DNA from: Candidatus Hadarchaeota archaeon
Lineage (GTDB): Archaea; CAYQAE01; CAYVLA01
DNA: 50,798 nucleotides
Direction of reading: 5' to 3'
Assembly (NCBI GenBank): GCA_964452145.1
Contig: CAYVLA010000012.1
Span: 1 to 50,798 of the forward strand
The position numbers and the translations under genes were made by a program. Positions 1 to 9,738 of the stretch are shown piece after piece; position 1 is the stretch's first letter; each line of letters begins with the position of its first letter. The notes beneath the pieces were generated by a model. That model was not told the DNA's origin and ran no database searches. It saw only the letters and a list, made by a program, of their open reading frames with translations.

Positions 1-795
1 ATTCTCCGACGTTCGCGCCAGGTTGAGCAGATCGTCTGTGGTGATCCCGTAGGGATGGGGCTTGATCTCCCTGGGGCGGCGGGGCAGGATGTTTGTGCTC
101 CTCTGCCAGCGGAATAGCTCGCCTTCCGGGGAGACCATGGTGACGTTGGCGTGCGGATTGGCTATTGCCGTCATCTTCAGGTATCCCAGAGGGCTCTGCT
201 TGGCCTTGGTGTAGAGGACGCTTTTGATCTCCATCTCAACGCGCGTTCCCCTGAAGCCATCAGTGGGGTACTCGGTCCGCTCCATGATCCTGCCTTCGTT
301 GCGCTTCACATCTATCTTGAGTTCGGCCCCGATGATCTTTTTTCCCGTGCTGGTGTAGACACGGATCGGATTTCCGCTGGTCATCTGCGCGAACATGGTG
401 GCTCCGGAGATACCGATGCCCTGCTGGCCCCTCCTCTGCACGAACCTGTGCTTGGTTCCCGCCAGCATCTTGCCGAAGACATCGGCTATGAACGGCTCGG
501 GGATGCCAGAGCCGTTGTCTTCAACGGTCAGCTTGTAGTGATAGTCCCCGTCCAGCTTGTCGATTGAAACGAATACATCGGGAAGGATGCCGGCTTCCTC
601 CGCGGCGTCCAGCGAATTCGTCACACCCTCGTGCACGATCATGGACAGCGACTTCATCTTCCCCGTCAGCCCAAGCATGGCAGGGTTCTTGCGGAAGAAC
701 TCGGTGAGGCTGAGGGACTTGAACTCCTTGAAGATCTCATCCGCTACCGTCTCTGCCTCGTTCCGCTCCTTTGAGAGTCCATCGGTGGCAGCCAT
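1..795 (-). CDS. top6B: DNA topoisomerase VI subunit B (5' part; runs off the window's left edge)
   Basis: Not in the ORF track. Manual translation from ATG at 795 gives MAATDG...SLTEFFRKNPAMLGLTG...HEGVTNSLDAAEEAGILPDV (GHKL ATPase N-box) and EIKPHPYG near position 1. Confidence 0.95.
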   Translation of the reverse strand, partial: MAATDGLSKERNEAETVADEIFKEFKSLSLTEFFRKNPAMLGLTGKMKSLSMIVHEGVTNSLDAAEEAGILPDVFVSIDKLDGDYHYKLTVEDNGSGIPEPFIADVFGKMLAGTKHRFVQRRGQQGIGISGATMFAQMTSGNPIRVYTSTGKKIIGAELKIDVKRNEGRIMERTEYPTDGFRGTRVEMEIKSVLYTKAKQSPLGYLKMTAIANPHANVTMVSPEGELFRWQRSTNILPRRPREIKPHPYGITTDDLLNLARTSEN

Positions 796-807
796 AAACG
801 ATCCCAT

Positions 808-1365
808 CTACGCCTCTCGCCACATCTCCTTATCCCTGTCCTTCAGATCCCGGCTCTTCCTCTCCAGAAATCGGTACACTATGTTGTGGGGCACGCCCCG
901 AATGATCATCTCTATGGCCTCCTCGCAGGCTGCGACCTCCTCGTCATCCCCGATTATGGCCACCGTCCTTCCCATTATGGAGACCCCGGTTCGCGTGGTC
1001 TGCTCAAGGATCTGTCTGGTCCGGCCTCCCTTACCGATAAGGCGGGATCGAACCCTGCTCAGTGCGTTCTCAGACTTGCCCAGATCCGAGGACAAGTCGA
1101 TGACCCTGAGGGTCTGACCCTCTGTGAGGAGGCGGCAGGCCTTCTCGGGCGAGAAACCCCTGGCCACTGCTCTGACGACATCCCGGGCCACCCACGCAGC
1201 CAGCGGATCTCCCGTCTCCCCTACCTTGGTCACCGTTACCTGTCCGGACTGACTATCCAGTTCGATACGTGTTCCGGTGGCTTCCTCGAGGTATCTCTTG
1301 AACGAGCCCTCCTTCCCAACTAGGACTCCTATCCGATCCAGAGGAATCCTAAAATACTCCATCAT
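808..1365 (-). CDS. Double-KH RNA-processing protein (archaeal Dim2/Pno1 family)
   Basis: IPLDRIGVLVGKEG, RAVARGFSPEKA, RLIGKGGRTR and IIRGVPHNIVYRFLE motifs. Start trimmed to MMEYF. Sits directly upstream of top6B, as in many archaea. Confidence 0.92.
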   Translation of the reverse strand: MMEYFRIPLDRIGVLVGKEGSFKRYLEEATGTRIELDSQSGQVTVTKVGETGDPLAAWVARDVVRAVARGFSPEKACRLLTEGQTLRVIDLSSDLGKSENALSRVRSRLIGKGGRTRQILEQTTRTGVSIMGRTVAIIGDDEEVAACEEAIEMIIRGVPHNIVYRFLERKSRDLKDRDKEMWREA

Positions 1366-1496
1366 AATCGACCTTGGGGGATCAGGGGAAAGGCGAGGGT
1401 TGCAGACTCTGGGTCCAGGTCGCTGAAAAAGATTAAATATGTAACCCCGCTGGCGGCGTGGGCCTTGAGCCTGCCGGATCGCCTGAGCCTCCGCTC

Positions 1497-2567
1497 TCAC
1501 CAGTAATGGTCGTACCGCAGGCCCCCCCTGCCCTTCAGAACGCCCGGCAAGGCCGACAGGATCACGCCCGTCGTCAGAAATGGGGAAAGCAGGATGAAGA
1601 TCATGGGGTTAACTAGGCCGACTTCGCCGTACGCCCTCCGAAAGGTGAGCCCCATCTCGAGGTAGTAGATCACAAGGAAGACTAACGACAACACGGAGAA
1701 GCATGCGAGGAAGAAGATGAGGGCGTAGTAGAACAAGAGTATGAAGATGGCGCCCGCCAGTAGAGTGCCGCTCGACAGATCCTGGTACCATCCTATGTAC
1801 CACCTCCTTCTCTGTCTCAGGAACGCCCCGAGGGAGGCCGGAACTCGGGTGAAGACGCGCGCCGGGGCGAACGCGATCTGGAGGCCCGCCCGCCTGGTCT
1901 TGATCGCGAAGTCGGTGTCCTCGGTTAACTTGGAGGAATCGAACCCTCCGGCCTCTTCCCAACAGGACCTGGAGAAGGCGAAGTTGTTACCGTTGATGGA
2001 GTAAAGCATCCCCACGCGCTCGACCGGTCTCATGAGTTGGTGGCACAGAAATGCCATTTCACAGCTCTGGGCCCGCGCAAGGAGGGACGCGCATCGGTTT
2101 CTGACTAGGATGGAGCCCGTGGATATGCCGACGGATTCGCGACACAGCGGAAATACGAGGTCGGCCAGCCACCTCCTGCCAGCGATGCAGTCCGCATCCA
2201 GAACGGCGAAGATGTCGCCTTGGAGGTTCTCGACCGCGTAGTTGAGAGCATCCGCCTTGGAGGCCCTGGAGCTTCTCTCAATCAGGGTAACACGGCCCGA
2301 GTATCTTTCGACCATCTCGGGCGTTCCGTCGCTAGAGTTGTCATCCAGTACGTATATGCTGTGGGAGATCTCCGGGCACTCCATCTTGACCAACGAATCC
2401 AGGCAGTCAACTATTGAATCCGCCTCGTTGTACGTTGGCACAACCACGTTCACACTTCTCGGAACGGTCGGGGTTGGAGGCTTGTCTTGACGCGACATCA
2501 AGAAGATGACCAGATAGAGAACTAGGATCAGGCAGCTGAGGATCTGGAAGATCGTCGAAGCGATCAA
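1497..2567 (-). CDS. Membrane-bound glycosyltransferase family 2 (CesA/HAS-like motif set)
   Basis: VVVPTYNE, DDNSSD, VLDAD, LTED and QRRRW motifs, with N- and C-terminal TM segments. Probable TTG start overlaps the upstream gene's stop (TTGA). Confidence 0.88.
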   Translation of the reverse strand: MIASTIFQILSCLILVLYLVIFLMSRQDKPPTPTVPRSVNVVVPTYNEADSIVDCLDSLVKMECPEISHSIYVLDDNSSDGTPEMVERYSGRVTLIERSSRASKADALNYAVENLQGDIFAVLDADCIAGRRWLADLVFPLCRESVGISTGSILVRNRCASLLARAQSCEMAFLCHQLMRPVERVGMLYSINGNNFAFSRSCWEEAGGFDSSKLTEDTDFAIKTRRAGLQIAFAPARVFTRVPASLGAFLRQRRRWYIGWYQDLSSGTLLAGAIFILLFYYALIFFLACFSVLSLVFLVIYYLEMGLTFRRAYGEVGLVNPMIFILLSPFLTTGVILSALPGVLKGRGGLRYDHYW

Positions 2568-4162
2568 TCGACTCTCATCTCCACTTCTACGTCCGTCCCG
2601 GAGAGCAGCAGGATCTCGCACTGACCGTTGTCGTAGGACCTGGTCGAGACCCGATCCAGCAAGCTCAGATCAATTCTAAGGGGCTGCCTGAACCATTCTG
2701 CGCCTGCAGGGTAGAAACCCGTCCGGCGCATCCGAAGGTTGAGAAGGGCGGCATCCGAGCCTGAGACCCGGACAGGATCGCCTGTCGGCGCCTCGACGTC
2801 TTTCCCCGTTACGAATCTCACCAAGTCCTCCATCCTCACATCGGTGAAGACCGCTCCGCTGACCGTGAGGTCCGAGACCCTCTCCACGGCGGCCAGTTCG
2901 CAGGGATAGTACTGCTCGTCAAACCCGAAGTACACGGAGGGCCCCGGGTAGACAGTGGCGGCAAGTCCGGCCAGGATGAATGGCAGGACGAGGCGACAAC
3001 GCTGGTTCTTCACGCATGGCCCAAGCAGGAGGCCCAGCGCCACCGCACCGTAAGGCGCAAGCCTGTAGACCGGGATGCCTCTTGGAAATAGGATCATCCC
3101 CGCGGCAATCATCGTCAACACCGAGGTTGTGAGCGCGGAGGTGAAGGGATCGATCTCGTCCTTTCGAAGACCGATCAGGCCCACCGCTGCCAGCAGCGGG
3201 GCATAGTAGAGCGCCGTCCGCAGGGGGATGCTCTGCTCGGTTCCTGGGACGCCAAACATGCCGAACCAAACGAGAAGCACGATCTCCAATACGACCAACA
3301 GCACGGTGAGACGACGGCGATAGAGACCGATGATCGGATCCATCACCCCCTCGATCGACTTGAAGCGCTGCCTTAGGAAGATGGTCCCCAGGGTACCCAG
3401 CGCTGTGGCCATAATGGCCGCCGAAAACCAAGTGGCATCCACGTTGTCCGTGATGAAGTGTCCAAGCGGAAGCTTCAGATGGATCTGAACCAGAATCCAT
3501 GCAAGGAAGCTCGCCGAGTATGCCAAGAGGCAGAGCCCCCATTCGGCGACCTGCCTCGAGCAATCCGGGCTGGAAAGGAACGTGAGCGCAAGTAGAACGA
3601 CCCAGAGGAAGAGGGCGGTGAAGGGATGAAGGAAGATGACGAGGATGTAGAGCGGAAGCCCGGCCGCGAATCGATGCCTTGAATGCACCAGAAGGCCGGC
3701 AAACAGGACGGCGAAGGCAAGCGGCTCGCCCCCGGAGAAGAAGTTCATTGTGTAGACGAATGCGGAGGTCGTGGCCACGACCAGTCCGGCCAAGAAGGCC
3801 GAGGCACTGCCCAGTAGTGATCGGGCGAGGAGGTATGCAAGAACAGGCAGGAGGGCGAACACGACCCCCGAGAAGAGGGCCGCTCTCCAGGGGGCGTCCA
3901 CGGACACCGCCTTGGCCAAGACGTAGAACAAGGGGTACTTGGCGTAGTGCTCCCGGTTCTGGAAGAGGTCGACCATTCGAGTGAAGTCCAGAGCATCCCA
4001 AGCACTGGGTATTCGTCGGAGGTTCTCAAGATGTGAGAAGGCCTCCGAGCTTCTGGGAAGACCGAAGCGGAATACCGGATGCAAGCCGATCAGCAGGCCG
4101 ACCAGCAGTAGGATCGCTGGTCCCTTGAGAGGTGATGAGGGAGTACCCAATGCCAGAGCCAT
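2564..4162 (-). CDS. Polytopic membrane protein, probable GT-C superfamily glycosyltransferase-like
   Basis: Many hydrophobic helices, first loop SSEAFSH...YPLFYVL, soluble C-terminal domain ending YDNG. Translationally coupled to the GT2 gene. Confidence 0.55.
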   Translation of the reverse strand: MALALGTPSSPLKGPAILLLVGLLIGLHPVFRFGLPRSSEAFSHLENLRRIPSAWDALDFTRMVDLFQNREHYAKYPLFYVLAKAVSVDAPWRAALFSGVVFALLPVLAYLLARSLLGSASAFLAGLVVATTSAFVYTMNFFSGGEPLAFAVLFAGLLVHSRHRFAAGLPLYILVIFLHPFTALFLWVVLLALTFLSSPDCSRQVAEWGLCLLAYSASFLAWILVQIHLKLPLGHFITDNVDATWFSAAIMATALGTLGTIFLRQRFKSIEGVMDPIIGLYRRRLTVLLVVLEIVLLVWFGMFGVPGTEQSIPLRTALYYAPLLAAVGLIGLRKDEIDPFTSALTTSVLTMIAAGMILFPRGIPVYRLAPYGAVALGLLLGPCVKNQRCRLVLPFILAGLAATVYPGPSVYFGFDEQYYPCELAAVERVSDLTVSGAVFTDVRMEDLVRFVTGKDVEAPTGDPVRVSGSDAALLNLRMRRTGFYPAGAEWFRQPLRIDLSLLDRVSTRSYDNGQCEILLLSGTDVEVEMRVD

Positions 4163-4208
4163 CCTGGTGCCTGTTGGCTGTAGCTGATCCCCAGCGTCCT
4201 ATTAAAAA

Positions 4209-5129
4209 ATGACGGCCAGAGGAGGGATGATCCGACCTCGGAGGAGTTCCACCTTGGGGATTTCCCCCCAAACTCGAAACATCGTCGTATTGGCTTCGAA
4301 GACGGATTCGGCGAGCGTTAACATCGGCTCCCACCTACTTCCTTACCTGGATCAGTGGCGAGCCTCCGAATCCGGTACTCACAGCAGTCCAAGGATGCTG
4401 GTTCTGGAGGGTGACTTGGTCTCGGCAGAGAGATACCCCGACGGGCTGTCGCCCAAGCCCGACCTAGCCATCTTTGCCTCGCGACACCAGAGCGAGTCCG
4501 GGATGCCGTGCCTGAGCCTTCACTTCCCGGGTAACATCGCCGAGAGCCATCATGGCGGAAGGAGCCGATGCCTGTCCACGGCCGCTCCCTTGGACATGAG
4601 GAAGGCACTCTGCGCGCTTGCCTCCCTGTCTGCTGACCCCGCATATCGGATCACACTGGAAGCCACTCATCATGGCCCCCTAACGAAAGTCCCCTGCTTC
4701 TTCATAGAGATAGGGAGCGGACCGGCTCAGTGGGAGGACGGTGCTGCCGGAGATCTCTTGGCCAAGGCGATTCTGAGGGTCCTGACGCAGCCAGTTGAAA
4801 GTGCACCGGTCGTCACCGGCTTCGGGGGACCTCACTACTCCCAGGGCTTCACGAACCTGGTGCTGAAGAGCGGCTTCTCGGTCTCCCACATAGTGCCCAA
4901 GCATCAGATCGGATACCTCGATGATGGGATGATCGCCCAGCTCTTCGAAAGGAGTGCTCCACGCCCGGAGGTGGCAGTTCTTGACTGGAAGGGCATCAAG
5001 GGTGAGGAGAGGAGACGCCTTACGCATCTGCTGGACGGGGCGGGAGTGAGGTGGGCTCGCCTGCAACACCTGTTGTCCGGCCGGAACCATCCACGCTCGG
5101 ATCGCGGAGATTGTGCTCCACATCCGTAG
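4209..5129 (+). CDS. dtdA: D-aminoacyl-tRNA deacylase, archaeal DTD2 type
   Basis: FASRHQS, SLHFPGN, LEATHHGP, FIEIGS, GFGGPHY and DWKG motifs. Conserved position upstream of ftsZ. Exact start uncertain. Confidence 0.93.
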   Translation: MTARGGMIRPRRSSTLGISPQTRNIVVLASKTDSASVNIGSHLLPYLDQWRASESGTHSSPRMLVLEGDLVSAERYPDGLSPKPDLAIFASRHQSESGMPCLSLHFPGNIAESHHGGRSRCLSTAAPLDMRKALCALASLSADPAYRITLEATHHGPLTKVPCFFIEIGSGPAQWEDGAAGDLLAKAILRVLTQPVESAPVVTGFGGPHYSQGFTNLVLKSGFSVSHIVPKHQIGYLDDGMIAQLFERSAPRPEVAVLDWKGIKGEERRRLTHLLDGAGVRWARLQHLLSGRNHPRSDRGDCAPHP

Positions 5130-5252
5130 ATTCTTGGCTTTTTCCGGGAGAATCTGCACAATATCGGGCGTCACATATATTAATGGAAACGCAAATCGGC
5201 GATGGACCTTGAGTCGACCGCGAGGGGTCATTGCCTCCAGGAGGTCGTCCGT

Positions 5253-6398
5253 TTGAGCACAGTCGAGGACGTATTGGACAAGATAAAGAAGAGCGAGAAG
5301 TCTGCTAGCCAGGCCAGCGTCGAGAAGATGATCGATGAGGAGCTCGAGGAGATACTGAAGGAAGCCAGAGCCAAGATCGTCGTAATGGGCGTGGGTGGAG
5401 CGGGCTGTAATACCGTTCAGCGCCTTATGGAAGTCGGGGTCACTGGTTGTTCCATCTGCGCGCTAAACACCGACGCACAGGATCTTCTCTACAGCCAGGC
5501 CCATCGGAAGGTTCTGCTGGGCCGAGGGGTAACTGGGGGTCTTGGTGCAGGAAACGATCCGACCGTTGGTGAGGAGGCGGCGAGGGAAAGCGAGAACGAG
5601 ATCAAGGATCTGGTTTCGGATGTTGACCTGACCTTCGTGACCTGCGGCTTGGGCGGCGGGACAGGAACAGGCGCCGGCCCGGTGTGTTCGGATCTGGCCA
5701 AGAAGGCGGGTGCGCTGACGATCTCGGTGGTCACCCTGCCGTTCACCGTCGAGGGCCAGGTCAGGATGCAGAACGCAAGGATGGGGCTGGAGAAGCTGAA
5801 GGAGGCATCCGACACGGTCATAGTCATCCCGAATGACAAGCTTCTGGAGCTTGCCCCCGGGCTGCCGATAAACGCTGCCTTCAAGGTTTCCGACGAGACT
5901 CTGATGGGGGCCGTGATGGGCATAACTGAGCTGATTAACAAGCCCGGCTTGGTTAACCTCGACTTCGCGGACGTCAGAACGGTTATGAGAAACGGCGGCG
6001 TTGCGATGATAGGTCTTGGCGAAAGCGATACTGACAACAGGGCGGTGGAGGCCGCCGAGGATGCTCTGCAGAGTCCCCTCCTGGATGTCGACATCGGCGG
6101 CGCAACCGGAGCCCTGATCAACATCGTCGCTGGACCGGATGTGGAGCTTCAGGAGGTCGAGAAGGTTGTCGAGATGGTTTCCTCGAAGCTGAGTTCGGAT
6201 GCCCAGATAATCTGGGGCGCCCAGATCGACGAAGAGCTCAAGAACACGATGAGGGTATTGGTGATCATCTCGGGTGTTAGTTCTCCGTACATCGTGGGAA
6301 AGGCCGCACAGAAGGCGGGTCCCGAGCTGTTCGCCCAAGAGGGATCCAAGGAAGTAGGGAAGCTGAGGCTGGAAGACCTCGGCATATCCTCGCTATAG
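5253..6398 (+). CDS. ftsZ: Cell division protein FtsZ (FtsZ1-type by gene context)
   Basis: GVGGAGCN, NTDAQDL, GLGGGTGTG and NLDFADV motifs. TTG start chosen after GGAGG at 5240-5244. Confidence 0.97.
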   Translation: MSTVEDVLDKIKKSEKSASQASVEKMIDEELEEILKEARAKIVVMGVGGAGCNTVQRLMEVGVTGCSICALNTDAQDLLYSQAHRKVLLGRGVTGGLGAGNDPTVGEEAARESENEIKDLVSDVDLTFVTCGLGGGTGTGAGPVCSDLAKKAGALTISVVTLPFTVEGQVRMQNARMGLEKLKEASDTVIVIPNDKLLELAPGLPINAAFKVSDETLMGAVMGITELINKPGLVNLDFADVRTVMRNGGVAMIGLGESDTDNRAVEAAEDALQSPLLDVDIGGATGALINIVAGPDVELQEVEKVVEMVSSKLSSDAQIIWGAQIDEELKNTMRVLVIISGVSSPYIVGKAAQKAGPELFAQEGSKEVGKLRLEDLGISSL

Positions 6399-6499
6399 GC
6401 GTGCACCCCGGCCTGTGTTGCCGCGTCTCCCAGGGCCCCGGCCTGAGAAGATAATATTTATTATGCACGTTCCGCAGGACCGACCAGCGGGTCCTATTG

Positions 6500-6670
6500 A
6501 TGGATATAATGAAGTTCCTCTCGCAGTGCAGGAGGGTCTTCGTGGTGGCTAGGAAACCCTCTGCGAAGGAGTTCAAACAGACATCGAAGATCACTGGTCT
6601 GGGCATCTTCCTCATCGGTCTCGTGGGATTCCTCATGTGGCTGGTGACCCAGTCCTGGTGGTCGAGATAG
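6500..6670 (+). CDS. secE: Protein translocase SecE / Sec61 gamma (56 aa)
   Basis: Not in the ORF track. Translates MDIMKFLSQCRRVFVVARKPSAKEFKQTSKITGLGIFLIGLVGFLMWLVTQSWWSR*. Lies between ftsZ and spt5. Confidence 0.95.
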   Translation: MDIMKFLSQCRRVFVVARKPSAKEFKQTSKITGLGIFLIGLVGFLMWLVTQSWWSR

Positions 6671-6688
6671 CCCGGGCCGGGTAATTCC

Positions 6689-7159
6689 TTGAGCGAGGAC
6701 ATGAAGCTTTTCGCCATCAGAACAACCGTGGGTCAGGAGAAGACCTCCCTCAGGATACTCGAGGCCAAGGCCTCGGGCGAGGGCAGCGAGGTCCACTCCA
6801 TAATGGTCTCAGATTCGCTCAAGGGCTACATCCTAGCCGAGTCCTCAGACATCGAGAACGTCGAGAAGATCTGCAGAGGGGTGCCTCATATAAGAGGGGT
6901 CCTGGACGGCGTTGTGGACATGAGCGAGATAGAGCACCTTCTGGTTCCCAGGGGCACCGTCATCGATCTGCGCGTGGGAGATATCGTCGAGCTGATATCC
7001 GGTCCATTCAAGGGGGAGAAGGCCAAGATAATCCGGGTCGATGAGCACAAGGAGGAGGCCACGCTGGAACTCCTAGAGGCATCCGTCCCGATACCTGTCA
7101 CGGTTCCCGGCAGCTCGATCCGCATCATCGAGAAGGAGGAACGAGAGGAGGAAGCCTAG
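6689..7159 (+). CDS. spt5: Transcription elongation factor Spt5 (NusG family)
   Basis: FAIRTTVGQE, LKGYILAE and KOW motif GDIVELISGPFKGEKAKI. Confidence 0.96.
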   Translation: MSEDMKLFAIRTTVGQEKTSLRILEAKASGEGSEVHSIMVSDSLKGYILAESSDIENVEKICRGVPHIRGVLDGVVDMSEIEHLLVPRGTVIDLRVGDIVELISGPFKGEKAKIIRVDEHKEEATLELLEASVPIPVTVPGSSIRIIEKEEREEEA

Positions 7160-7173
7160 GCTGGTGTATTCAT

Positions 7174-7659
7174 TTGGCAAAGAAGACAGTGGAGATCCTC
7201 GTCGTTGGAGCGAAGGCCACTCCCGGCCCTCCCCTCGGCCCCGCTTTGGGCCCGTTGGGCCTGAATCTGATCCAGGTCGTCGCTGAGATCAACAAGAAGA
7301 CGGCGGACTATGCAGGCATGTCCGTCCCCGTTAAGATCATCGCGGACCAGGAGACACGCGAGTTCGAGATCGAGGTTGGCACCCCGCCGGTCAGCGCCCT
7401 GATCAAGAAGAGCCTATCCATCGAAAAGGGCTCCGGCAGAACGGGCTCGGGCACCGTCGGCAACCTACCTCTCTCGGAGATAATCAAGATAGCTAGGACG
7501 AAGGGAAGCTCGATGCTTTCATACGGTATGTCCGGGCAGGTGAAGGAAGTGCTTGGAACCTGCGTGAGCATGGGCGTTCAGGTGGAGGGGATGCATCCGA
7601 GGGAAGTACAGAGACTCATCGATGAGGGCAAGTACAGGGAGATGCTGACGGAGGGGTAG
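7174..7659 (+). CDS. rpl11: 50S ribosomal protein L11 (uL11)
   Basis: ATPGPPLGPALGPLG, GTPPVSALIKK and GTCVSMG motifs. Confidence 0.97.
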   Translation: MAKKTVEILVVGAKATPGPPLGPALGPLGLNLIQVVAEINKKTADYAGMSVPVKIIADQETREFEIEVGTPPVSALIKKSLSIEKGSGRTGSGTVGNLPLSEIIKIARTKGSSMLSYGMSGQVKEVLGTCVSMGVQVEGMHPREVQRLIDEGKYREMLTEG

Positions 7660-7667
7660 GTGGTCCC

Positions 7668-8312
7668 ATGCCGATCGACGTAGCTGCTGCCGAGAAGATC
7701 ATCAAGCAGGCGAAGGAGAAGGGAAAGGGCAGAAACTTCAGACAGTCAGTCGACCTGATAGTCACGCTGAAGGATTTTGACGTCAAGGAGCAGAAAAAGA
7801 TCTCAAGCGACGTTGTCCTCCCGAAGGGCCGGGGAAAGGATGTCAAGGTCTGCGTCATAGCGGGCGGAGACCTTGCCTTGCGGGCTAAGGAGACCGGAGC
7901 AGGGGTATTGACCAGATCGGATCTTGAGGCTCTCGGTCAGGACAAGAAGAAAGTCAAGCAGCTGGCAGCGGAATACGACTTCTTCGTTGCCCAGGCGGAT
8001 ATGATGCCCTTGGTTGGAAAGACCCTGGGCAGCGTTCTGGGCCCTCGGGGCAAGATGCCCAAACCGGTTCCCCCTGCCGCCAACATCGATGCGGTTGTGA
8101 CGCGCCTTAGTCGTACGGTAACGGCAAGGGTCCAGAGGGAGCAGGCCATCGTCAACGCGGTGATCGGGACGGAGGCCATGGATGACCGAGATCTGGCCGA
8201 GAACCTCGTGGCGGTCGTGGAGTCGCTGGAGGCCAGCCTTCCACGTGGCGATATGAACGTGGGCAAAGTTACGATCAAGACCTCCATGGGTCACCCCGTG
8301 AGAGCTCGGTAG
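7668..8312 (+). CDS. rpl1: 50S ribosomal protein L1 (uL1)
   Basis: RNFRQSVDL, LGPRGKMPKP and KTSMG motifs. Confidence 0.97.
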   Translation: MPIDVAAAEKIIKQAKEKGKGRNFRQSVDLIVTLKDFDVKEQKKISSDVVLPKGRGKDVKVCVIAGGDLALRAKETGAGVLTRSDLEALGQDKKKVKQLAAEYDFFVAQADMMPLVGKTLGSVLGPRGKMPKPVPPAANIDAVVTRLSRTVTARVQREQAIVNAVIGTEAMDDRDLAENLVAVVESLEASLPRGDMNVGKVTIKTSMGHPVRAR

Positions 8313-8320
8313 GTGATCGG

Positions 8321-9328
8321 ATGAGGGGAATGGACTGGAAAAGATCGGAGGTCGAATCCCTAGCAGCAATGATCAGGGAAAGGCCGGTCATAGGAGTGGC
8401 ATCCATACACGAGATTCCGGCGAACAGGTTTCAATCGATACGCCGCGAGCTCCGGGGCCAGGTGGTCATCAGGGTTTCGAAGAAGACCTACATCCAGAAG
8501 GCCTTCTCGGAGTCGGGCAAGAAGAACATCGGGGGCCTTGCCGGCTCGATGGCCGGGGAAGTGGCGCTCCTCTTCACCGAGATGAATCCCTTCAAGCTCT
8601 TCAGGAACGTGGAAGCTAGGAAGGTTCAAGCCCCCGCTAAACCGGGGCACAGACCTCTCCAAGATGTGTGGGTGCCCAAGGGTGGCACCCCCTTCGCTCC
8701 AGGTCCTATTGTTAGCCAGCTGCAGAAGGTTGGGATCCCGGCCAGGATAGAGAGAGGGAAGGTTGTGATTCTGGAGGATACGGTCCTTGTCAAGGCAGGC
8801 GAGGAGATCGACAGGGCCAGGGCCGAGATCCTGTCCAGCCTGGGAATACAGCCGATGAAGGTCGGGCTGGACCTGGCGGCGGTGTACGAGGATGGGACGA
8901 TCTTCGACAGGTCGATCCTGGATGTCGATGAGCGGGAGATCGCGAACCAGGTCACCTTGGCGGCGAGGCAGGGCTTCAACCTCGCCTTCAATGCTCGCTT
9001 CTTCACAGAGACGACGATCATGCCTCTGGTGCGGGATGCTCATAGGAAGGCAAGATCCCTTTCAATCCTCTCCGGTTTCCCGACTTCGGAGACCGTGACG
9101 GATCTTGTCGCATTGGCCCACCGGGCCATGCTGGGGGTTGCCACGATGCTGGCCGGAAGGAACGGTGATTCGGTATCGGAGGGACTGAAGGCCTTGATCG
9201 GCGCAGGTGCCGCAAGGAGGAAGGAGGCCCCCGAGGCAACCGAAGGGAGCAAGGATGCTCCCGTTGAAGCTCCGGAGAAGAAGGAGGACAAGGAGGAGAG
9301 CGTCGGTCTAGGCGCTCTCTTCGGTTGA
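8321..9328 (+). CDS. rpl10: 50S ribosomal protein L10 / P0 (uL10)
   Basis: MNPFKL, TPFAPGP, LGIQP and acidic tail ending GLGALFG. Confidence 0.96.
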   Translation: MRGMDWKRSEVESLAAMIRERPVIGVASIHEIPANRFQSIRRELRGQVVIRVSKKTYIQKAFSESGKKNIGGLAGSMAGEVALLFTEMNPFKLFRNVEARKVQAPAKPGHRPLQDVWVPKGGTPFAPGPIVSQLQKVGIPARIERGKVVILEDTVLVKAGEEIDRARAEILSSLGIQPMKVGLDLAAVYEDGTIFDRSILDVDEREIANQVTLAARQGFNLAFNARFFTETTIMPLVRDAHRKARSLSILSGFPTSETVTDLVALAHRAMLGVATMLAGRNGDSVSEGLKALIGAGAARRKEAPEATEGSKDAPVEAPEKKEDKEESVGLGALFG

Positions 9329-9348
9329 GTTCATGGAGGTGTGAAGAG

Positions 9349-9660
9349 ATGCAGTATGTGTACGCGGCTCTGCTTCTGCACTCGGCCGGAAAGAAGATCA
9401 CCGAGAAGGAAGTATCCGCGGTTCTGAAATCGGCAGGCGTGGAAGTTGACGAGGCAAGGGTCAAGGCTCTCGTGGCAACTCTGGAGGGCGTGGACATAGA
9501 CGAGGCCATCGCCACGTCGGTTGCCATGGCTCCCTCCGTTCCAGCAGCTGCTCCTCAGGCGCAGGCCCCGGTGGCCGAGGCCAAGCAGGAGGAGAAGAAG
9601 GAAGAGGAGGAAAAGAAAGAAGAGGAGAGCCTTGCTGGTCTCGGCGCGCTATTCGGTTGA
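9349..9660 (+). CDS. rpl12: Ribosomal stalk protein L12 / aP1
   Basis: [11 protein letters not shown] start after GGAGGTG, Ala-rich hinge, acidic tail ending GLGALFG. Confidence 0.97.
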   Translation: MQYVYAALLLHSAGKKITEKEVSAVLKSAGVEVDEARVKALVATLEGVDIDEAIATSVAMAPSVPAAAPQAQAPVAEAKQEEKKEEEEKKEEESLAGLGALFG

Positions 9661-9738
9661 TGTCGTTCCATCGGCTGCCAGCGGGATGAACAGGACCCGC
9701 TCCCGCCCCTCGATGGGTTAGCTCGGCGGGTGTAATCC

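Noticed and set aside
7712..7739. Possible L1 autoregulatory mRNA site (GAAG-GAG...CAGAAA-CTTC) at the position used in Methanococcales
   Set aside because: The outer helix and loop bases match, but the inner helix cannot form. The similarity is explained by the conserved K-E...R-N-F coding sequence.
9303..9660. Repeated GGTCTxGGCGCxCTxTTCGGTTGA at the ends of rpl10 and rpl12
   Set aside because: This is the known shared GLGALFG C-terminus of archaeal stalk proteins, not a DNA repeat element.
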